Source of the DNA: Nitrospirota bacterium
Lineage (GTDB): Bacteria; Nitrospirota; Thermodesulfovibrionia; Thermodesulfovibrionales; Dissulfurispiraceae
Direction of reading: 5' to 3'
DNA length: 22,878 nt
Assembly (NCBI GenBank): GCA_040758355.1
Contig: JBFLWF010000033.1
Location: forward strand, 1-22,878
In this document: positions 16,989 to 22,878 of the stretch, in pieces
How the letters are laid out: every line of letters begins with the position of its first letter
How positions within the stretch are numbered: position 1 is the first letter of the stretch
Translations under genes and position numbers: made by a program
The notes under the pieces: generated by a model
Seen by the model: only the letters and a program-made list of their open reading frames with translations
Told to the model about the DNA's origin: nothing
Database searches by the model: none

Positions 16989-17278
16989 TGGAAGTCCGAT
17001 TTCTTGAGATAGCCCAGATCGAACTTGACGAAACTATCGAATATTACAATTCTGAATCTCCCGGGCTGGGAGGTTCTTTTTTACTGGACGCGTTAAATAC
17101 TATCGAACGAATCAGGCATTTTCCGAAGGCTTGGCATCCCTTCAGCAACATTACCCGCAGGTGTCAATTGCGGCACTTCCCTTATGGAATTATTTATCAG
17201 ACGCTGGATATTGAGATTCTTATTATTGCAGTAGCAAATTTGCATAGAAAACCTGACTACTGGCAAGACAGAATATAA
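16988..17278 (+). CDS. RelE/ParE-family toxin
   Basis: A..EL.E...YY....PGLG..F...FPYGIIY...IIAVA.LHRKPDYW; TAATG stop-start coupling. Confidence 0.9.
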   Translation: MEVRFLEIAQIELDETIEYYNSESPGLGGSFLLDALNTIERIRHFPKAWHPFSNITRRCQLRHFPYGIIYQTLDIEILIIAVANLHRKPDYWQDRI

Positions 17279-17303
17279 AGAGCAAAAACTAAAGGCTTTA
17301 TCT

Positions 17304-18869
17304 TTACTCAACCGTCTTTATCTCGATTATTCGCTCTATGTGAAACACCCGATTATCTTTTCGTGCGGTGCAGTAAGCCTGAACACCTGTAAATTTTCTT
17401 CCATTGTACTCCAGTTCTCCTACAAAGTGCGGAATGATAGTGCGTCTTGATTTCTCGTCCTTTGTCTTGAGGTAAACAATTTCAAGCGGCCTTTTATCCT
17501 TTATGGCCTTTTCTATGATTGAAAGTTTTTCATCAACCGGCAGGCTCTTCTGCGCCTGTTTATACTGATATTTAGTAACAAAATCCACGACACGCCAGTC
17601 CATAAAGATGTGCTTTTTTGCGATCGGCTTTTTGAGCACAATGCCGTCAAGAGTAGTGCAGCGGCTGAGGGCTACATAAATCTGACCGTGAGAGAATGTC
17701 CCCTTGCCTATATCTATTATCACCTTTTCAAATGTCATTCCCTGCCCCTTGTGAATTGTAACCGCCCATGCGAGTTTGAGGGGATATTGTGTGAATGTGC
17801 CGACAACATCGGATATTACTGTCCGCGCCCTTTTGTCATAATGGAACTCGTACATCCCCCATGTATAAGGCTCGACATCAACAGTCTCTCCATCCTGAAG
17901 CTCCACCTGGATTGCATCAGGCTCACCCTTTGTCTTTTCAATGCCAATAACCCTGCCTATGCTTCCGTTTATCCACCGTCCCATAGAGTCGTTATTCAGG
18001 AGCATTACCTGCGCTCCTGCCTTAATAGTGATATCAAGCCCTGTGGGTAGATCTTTCGCATTAAAGTCCCCCTCTATCATGCCTTGATAGCTGTAATCCC
18101 TGCCCTTTAGGTCAGCGAGCCTCCTCGTGTTTATGGAATCAGCAAGGTCGTTTGTTGTGGTGAGATGTATATAGAAGCCTTTGTCGTCGTGAAATTCAGG
18201 CATGTATCGTGCGTTGATCGTTGCAAGGTCTTCATCAGTTGCAGTATTGTTCCTGATGGCATTAAGGATATTCAGAAATCTGTCGTCACGCTGGCGATAG
18301 ACCTTTTCAAGCTCGATAAACTGCATATCAAAGCCACTGCCGAAGACCATCGAGTCAAAGAAATATGGGCTCTTGTAAAGGCTTCCGAATATCGTCTTAT
18401 CCCGGGATGTCACAACAGGCGGCAACTGGTAGAGGTCTCCTATGAATATCATCTGGATGCCTCCGAAAGGCCGTGTCTTGCTTTTGCCGTGAATGTGGAG
18501 GAAGCCGTCTATGCAGTCCATGAGGTCTGCGCGCACCATCGAGACCTCGTCAATCACAATGGCGGCAAGCTTTTTATAGATTGCCTTTTCTCTTGGCCGC
18601 ATCCCCTTCACCATATCAGGCGTAATATCGGGCTTGAAGCCGAAGAATGAATGGATGGTCTGACCTTTCACATTCACGGCTGCAACGCCTGTCGGCGCAA
18701 GCACAGCGATGTTTTTCTTCGTAGTATTCCTGAAATGCTGAAGCAGAGTTGATTTGCCCGTGCCTGCCCTGCCGGTGATGAAGACATTTTTATCGGTCTC
18801 CTCCATTATATGAAGTGCGTGGAGGAATTGGGCGTTGAGGTCGAGGGAAGAAGATTCAGAGTGTTTCAT
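17304..18869 (-). CDS. Pif1-family SF1B helicase with C-terminal WYL domain
   Basis: TGRAGTGKS, LAPTGVAA, GQTIHSFF, IDEVSM, GDLYQLPPV, QYPLKLAWAVTIHKGQG and YVALSR. The C-terminal AI......IVY......RRTIIP...AYC..RKDNRVFHIERI segment is WYL-like. Confidence 0.92.
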   Translation of the reverse strand: MKHSESSSLDLNAQFLHALHIMEETDKNVFITGRAGTGKSTLLQHFRNTTKKNIAVLAPTGVAAVNVKGQTIHSFFGFKPDITPDMVKGMRPREKAIYKKLAAIVIDEVSMVRADLMDCIDGFLHIHGKSKTRPFGGIQMIFIGDLYQLPPVVTSRDKTIFGSLYKSPYFFDSMVFGSGFDMQFIELEKVYRQRDDRFLNILNAIRNNTATDEDLATINARYMPEFHDDKGFYIHLTTTNDLADSINTRRLADLKGRDYSYQGMIEGDFNAKDLPTGLDITIKAGAQVMLLNNDSMGRWINGSIGRVIGIEKTKGEPDAIQVELQDGETVDVEPYTWGMYEFHYDKRARTVISDVVGTFTQYPLKLAWAVTIHKGQGMTFEKVIIDIGKGTFSHGQIYVALSRCTTLDGIVLKKPIAKKHIFMDWRVVDFVTKYQYKQAQKSLPVDEKLSIIEKAIKDKRPLEIVYLKTKDEKSRRTIIPHFVGELEYNGRKFTGVQAYCTARKDNRVFHIERIIEIKTVE

Positions 18870-19530
18870 TGATAATGACTTCTTTGATGCAGGCTTTAAA
18901 AAATCTTTCAATATCTTCTCTCGTTACAGAAATCCTTAACGGCAGGTTTTCAACTCCCTCCGGTATCTGCAATAGCCTGCTTTTCAAGATATGCCTGATC
19001 CCTTTGACTTCGCATTTTTGCTCTGCAAACTCGAACATCTCATTTATGTCGAGGCCTGCGGAAGTTAATGCGCAATAAACATCAGCATAGTCTTTCGCGT
19101 CAGACCTGTCTGCCATAGCGCAGAGCTTATTCACCGTGAGGTCAAGAAATCCGTCAACATGCAGCCCGTCAATTGTGACAGCGGCTTCGATATTCTTGAG
19201 CGGATAATAAGTGAATTCAGTCTTTAAGGCTGTGCCGTCCTTCAGTCTAAGGTTGAATATATTTCTGTCAAATAGCTTTGTATGTGTTATTGCATCCACA
19301 AAGCTAAGAGATTTCAGAAACCCCTCCGGCAGATAAAATGGAATCTTCTCGTGCGAAAAGAAATCAAGGTCTTCAGAAAGCCTGTGCTCCAGATAAAACG
19401 CGCTCAATGCCGTGCCCCCGGTCAGCCTGAAGGCATCATTAAGGTCTGATTTTACGAACTCCTCAAGCAACGCAACCTGTGTGGCTGTGAGTATAGCGTT
19501 ATTTCGTATGCCCTTTAGCGGCCTTTTCAT
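18856..19530 (-). CDS. AbiEii/AbiGii-type nucleotidyltransferase toxin (type IV TA)
   Basis: LTGGTALSAFYLEHRLSEDLDFF and NKL.A..DR...KDY.D motifs. Confidence 0.9.
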   Translation of the reverse strand: MKRPLKGIRNNAILTATQVALLEEFVKSDLNDAFRLTGGTALSAFYLEHRLSEDLDFFSHEKIPFYLPEGFLKSLSFVDAITHTKLFDRNIFNLRLKDGTALKTEFTYYPLKNIEAAVTIDGLHVDGFLDLTVNKLCAMADRSDAKDYADVYCALTSAGLDINEMFEFAEQKCEVKGIRHILKSRLLQIPEGVENLPLRISVTREDIERFFKACIKEVIINETL

Positions 19531-19771
19531 CCCACACCTCTTTATATAAGGCTATCAGTTTATATTTTCCCTCTTCCAGCTTTAGTTTGTCCCTGTATTC
19601 AAAAAGGAGTTCAACCGTCTCCCTCTCAGTACCATAAGCTGGAAAGAAATCAGCAATCCGCTGGAGTCTCCACAGAATGTCATCCGGCGGCTCCTTGTAG
19701 TCCCATAGGAGTTCGGGAGGAATATAAATGACTTTCCCCTCATTTTTCTTTAATTTCAATGCCTGTGCCAT
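19499..19771 (-). CDS. Small putative antitoxin partner of AbiEii
   Basis: 90 aa with a PELLWDY motif; overlaps the toxin start by 32 nt. Confidence 0.65.
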   Translation of the reverse strand: MAQALKLKKNEGKVIYIPPELLWDYKEPPDDILWRLQRIADFFPAYGTERETVELLFEYRDKLKLEEGKYKLIALYKEVWDEKAAKGHTK

Positions 19772-19901
19772 AACACCGCCTCTGTTAATTTTATCATAAT
19801 ACCTTAAAAAGAGTTCAGCCCTGCATGCCGTTGACAGGATATTAATTTGTTTATAAAATGTAAACATTCGGTGGAATAAGGATAAAAGACGATGTTAGAT
19901 A

Positions 19902-20459
19902 ATGAGAAAGACTAAACTAACAATAAATAGCCAGCCCATGCATTTGTTGGTAATCGTTGCTGCCACAATAATAGTTCTATCTCTATTATCCCCTGTTCAC
20001 GGGGAAGATACGGTGCCACAAGTGATACCCTCTTCAGTCTATATTCAACTCGATGCTCACATTAAGCGTTATATAAATAGGTACGAGAAAGAAAACTGTG
20101 AACCGGAACCGGGAAGCACGTGCAGGGGGACTGAATATAAAAAGGCAAGAAGGTTCTGTTCTGGCGATATAGACGGTGATGCTAAGGATGACATAGCGGT
20201 CTTATACACCATAGAGGGTTTCTGTTGCGGGAACAATTATCACTACTACCTCGCTGTCTTTCTAAACAGAGGGTCGAGGTTCGAACTTGTTACTTCGGCA
20301 AAAGTGGGGGGCAAGGGCGAAAGAGGTGTAGAATTCGACACAATTAGAAATGGGAAGATTTTGTTGAATACAGAAGAGTATCTTCCCGACGACCCGATGT
20401 GCTGTCCGACTGGCAAAAGTAGAACCACATATAGTCTGAAGATCGGGAAATTGATTTAG
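19902..20459 (+). CDS. Secreted Cys-rich hypothetical protein (LppP/LprE-like C-terminal DDPMCCP motif)
   Basis: Signal-like hydrophobic segment ending VHG-ED, GDIDGDAKDD loop and DDPMCCPT. Confidence 0.7.
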   Translation: MRKTKLTINSQPMHLLVIVAATIIVLSLLSPVHGEDTVPQVIPSSVYIQLDAHIKRYINRYEKENCEPEPGSTCRGTEYKKARRFCSGDIDGDAKDDIAVLYTIEGFCCGNNYHYYLAVFLNRGSRFELVTSAKVGGKGERGVEFDTIRNGKILLNTEEYLPDDPMCCPTGKSRTTYSLKIGKLI

Positions 20460-20611
20460 AGTGACCGGGTTGGAGAAGAGCCTATGTCTCTGATGGAACG
20501 TTTTCAACGTGAATCGAAGCGAAGAAAGCCATTGATCGAGGAATATCTGAAGAAAAAATCAAATTAGGACATAATCCTGTATTTATTAATGCAAAAGGAT
20601 GGTGATAGCAA

Positions 20612-21883
20612 TCAAAACAGCATTGACTGTCCTTTAATCTCTTTTCTCTCCACTGCCTCGAATATCTTTATTTTCCCGTATTCGCCATCAAAGCCCGGCG
20701 CAATATGTACATCTCCTTTGCGCATTCTCGCTATTGCCTCGCGAATAAGCGGAGAGCCGGCTTTTTCAATATCGCCAAGCGGGACGTCCATGAGTATCCT
20801 GAATTCGTTTCCTAATTTATCAAGGAGGTTTTGATATTCCTTATCCACAGCCTTGCTGTTTGGGCCGACTTTGAGAACCTCTGCAATGATTTCAGGCAAT
20901 GGAATTATCGAATGGAAAGATGGAGAACCCTTTGGCTTAAACCCTTCTTTCCTGTCAGCAAGTTTTTCAACCCTGTGCATAACGCCGACTGTAACCCTCT
21001 TAGCGCAAACGGGACAGAGATAGTTGTGCTTTAAGGTTTCTTCTGGTGTGAGGCTTACGCCGCATGTCCTGTGTCCGTCATAATGATATTTGCCTTCTTC
21101 AGGGAAAAATTCTATTGTTCCTACAAATCCCTTTTTCGTTTTTATAGCGTCTATCATTGACTGATATGATATATCGGTATCAAAGATGTTCGCCTCGCGT
21201 CCTATCTTGGCTGGCGAATGAGCGTCCGAATTGGAGATGAGCGTTATTTTGTCGAGTGCAGAGAGCCTCCGGTTCATTAAGGGGTCTGACGAAAGTCCTG
21301 TCTCGATTGCGTAGATATAAGGCGTAAGTTCTTCAAAACATTCCTCAAAGGAATCAAAGCCTGACGCTGCACCGAATACAGAGAAGTGGGGAGTCCATGC
21401 GTGAGCAGGGACGAGCATGGCATCGGGAGAAGCATCCATTACTATTTTCAGGAGCTCCTTCGCATCCAGTCCCAGTATAGGCCTTCCGTCAGCATTGAGA
21501 TTTCCTATCTTCGCAAGGACTATGTTTATCTTTGCCGCGCTTGCGAAATCAGGCACGAACAAAATTGAGTGTATCTTTCTTGTCTTCCCGTTTTTGCTGT
21601 AGATGCAGCTTATCTCTGCGGTGAGCATGAAATAAACATCTGCTTTGCACGATTCGGGGATATCATTTGTCCGAAAGTCCTTTTTTAGTCTGAAGAGCCC
21701 GTTGCCTGTGGATTCCAGTTTTTCATTCAACTCCTTGAACCATTTGGGATGTGTAAAGTCTCCTGTTCCGATTACTGAAATGCCCTTGAGCTGCGCCCAT
21801 TTCCAGATACTCTCAGGAGACATGTCCTTGCTTGTTGCCCTTGAATATTTTGAATGGATATGGAGGTCTGCAATAAAACGCAT
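20612..21883 (-). CDS. endoQ: Endonuclease Q-family protein (PHP domain, Zn ribbon)
   Basis: ADLHIHSKYSRATS, GTGDFTHP, PAHAWTP, ETGLSSD, SNSDAHS, GKYHYDGHR.C...CPVC and PGFDGEYG; ends in QSMLF. Confidence 0.9.
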   Translation of the reverse strand: MRFIADLHIHSKYSRATSKDMSPESIWKWAQLKGISVIGTGDFTHPKWFKELNEKLESTGNGLFRLKKDFRTNDIPESCKADVYFMLTAEISCIYSKNGKTRKIHSILFVPDFASAAKINIVLAKIGNLNADGRPILGLDAKELLKIVMDASPDAMLVPAHAWTPHFSVFGAASGFDSFEECFEELTPYIYAIETGLSSDPLMNRRLSALDKITLISNSDAHSPAKIGREANIFDTDISYQSMIDAIKTKKGFVGTIEFFPEEGKYHYDGHRTCGVSLTPEETLKHNYLCPVCAKRVTVGVMHRVEKLADRKEGFKPKGSPSFHSIIPLPEIIAEVLKVGPNSKAVDKEYQNLLDKLGNEFRILMDVPLGDIEKAGSPLIREAIARMRKGDVHIAPGFDGEYGKIKIFEAVERKEIKGQSMLF

Positions 21884-21890
21884 GTGAGAA

Positions 21891-22754
21891 TTATAACAGA
21901 ACTCCTCTTGCAACCTCTATGACTTTGCCGCCTACATGTATTTCAATATTGTTTTTTGTTTTCTTTGCCTTCAAAAATATCAAAGACGGCCTGCCGATTT
22001 CATATCCCTGCTCAACACGAATGTTAATATGGTCTCTGCCAAAGTAATTATGTTTTACAAGGTATCCTGCAAGGCATCCGTTGGCGCTTCCTGTGGCAGG
22101 ATCTTCTTCAATGCCGTAATAAGGCGCAAACATGCGGACATTAAGGTGATTTTCTTTCTTGTAAGTTTCAGGGCAGAAAATAAATATCGCCTTTGCTTCT
22201 GCCTCTTCAATCAATTGAAAATATTTTTCTTTAACTATGCGAGATTTCTTCACGGCACTTAGCGTCTTCAAGGGCACGATTATAAACTGCAGTCCTGTTG
22301 AAACTTCTTCTATTGGAAATCTCTTATCAATATCAGATGAATTGAGAGTTAAGACTGCTGCAAGCTTATCACTATCAAATATTCTTCCAAAGCGCGGCTT
22401 AATCTGCTTCATAGTCAGCCTTGTTATTTTGTTTCTTCTGTAACTGACCGTGACCGGTATCTGCCCGATTTTTAAATTGAGAATGATTTCTTTGACAGGT
22501 TTTTTTATTATCTCTCTCTGTATCACATAGGCCGTGCCGAGCGTAGGATGACCTGCAAACGGAACCTCATGTTGCGGCGTAAATATGCGCACATTATATC
22601 CGTCGTTTACAGCCTTCCCGGATAAGATAAAGGTTGTCTCCGAAAAATTGAACTCCTTCGCAATCCGTTGCATCTCTGCATCCGACAGGTTATTTTTAAC
22701 AGTAACAACTGCAAGCTGATTGCCTGTGTATTTCTCTTCAGCAAAGACATCAAG
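21891..22754 (-). pseudogene. PhzF-family epimerase/isomerase with its 5' end cut by an IS
   Basis: LDVFAEEKYTGNQLAV, FSETTF, RIFTP..EVPFAGHPTLG and EDPATGSA. The frame runs into the IS end at 22755 and hits a stop before any start codon. Confidence 0.85.
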
Positions 22755-22878
22755 TGAGGTAGGATAAGAAAAGTGGACACCAAAAGTTGAGGTAAAATAA
22801 GTTAACGGAGGTGTTCAGATGGAAAGGTTACCGTATGGAAGGTACACGAAGGAATTTCGGCAGGAGGCAGTAAAACTT
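22755..22878 (+). mobile_element. Left end of an IS3-family insertion sequence (IR plus start of orfA), truncated by the window
   Basis: Begins TGAGGTAGGATAAGAAAAGTGGACAC. SD GGAGGTG precedes ATG 22819, giving MERLPYGRYTKEFRQEAVKL, a typical OrfA HTH start. Confidence 0.85.

Noticed and set aside
17610..18650. 146-aa and 161-aa plus-strand ORFs
   Set aside because: Antisense shadows of the Pif1 helicase gene.
20484..20567. 27-aa ORF MSLMERFQRESKRRKPLIEEYLKKKSN
   Set aside because: Too short and without a recognisable motif; possibly a gene remnant, but unsupported.

Overview
This is a bacterial window of roughly 42% GC (estimated by eye), probably from an anaerobe; a Nitrospirota or deltaproteobacterial origin is a guess from gene content only. 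The centrepiece is an intact mercury-methylation pair, hgcA-hgcB (10155-11509, minus strand). The ORF track truncates hgcA: the frame continues 45 codons upstream through an in-frame TGA in a Cys-Sec (CU) motif followed by a SECIS-like hairpin, so this HgcA is most likely a selenoprotein. Downstream on the same strand, past an MntA/HepT toxin-antitoxin pair, lie an ArsR regulator and two tiny Cys-rich proteins, one an unannotated CGCGCGC peptide. Next comes a methyltransferase-methyltransferase-cupin operon behind an apparent four-segment leader-peptide attenuator. The left arm holds a DnaC/IstB-like ATPase, an M28 peptidase, an MBL hydrolase, a MocR/DUF2917 pair, an HxlR regulator and deletion-scarred pseudogenes. 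The right arm is a DNA-repair backbone (phzF, endoQ, uvrD-like helicase, holin-like gene, frameshifted radical SAM gene) interrupted by about 5.8 kb of accessory DNA. That accessory DNA contains a decayed integron-cassette-like array with two TA pairs and a coupled antitoxin-AbiEii-Pif1/WYL helicase operon, a candidate defence system. An IS3-family element disrupts phzF at the right edge.
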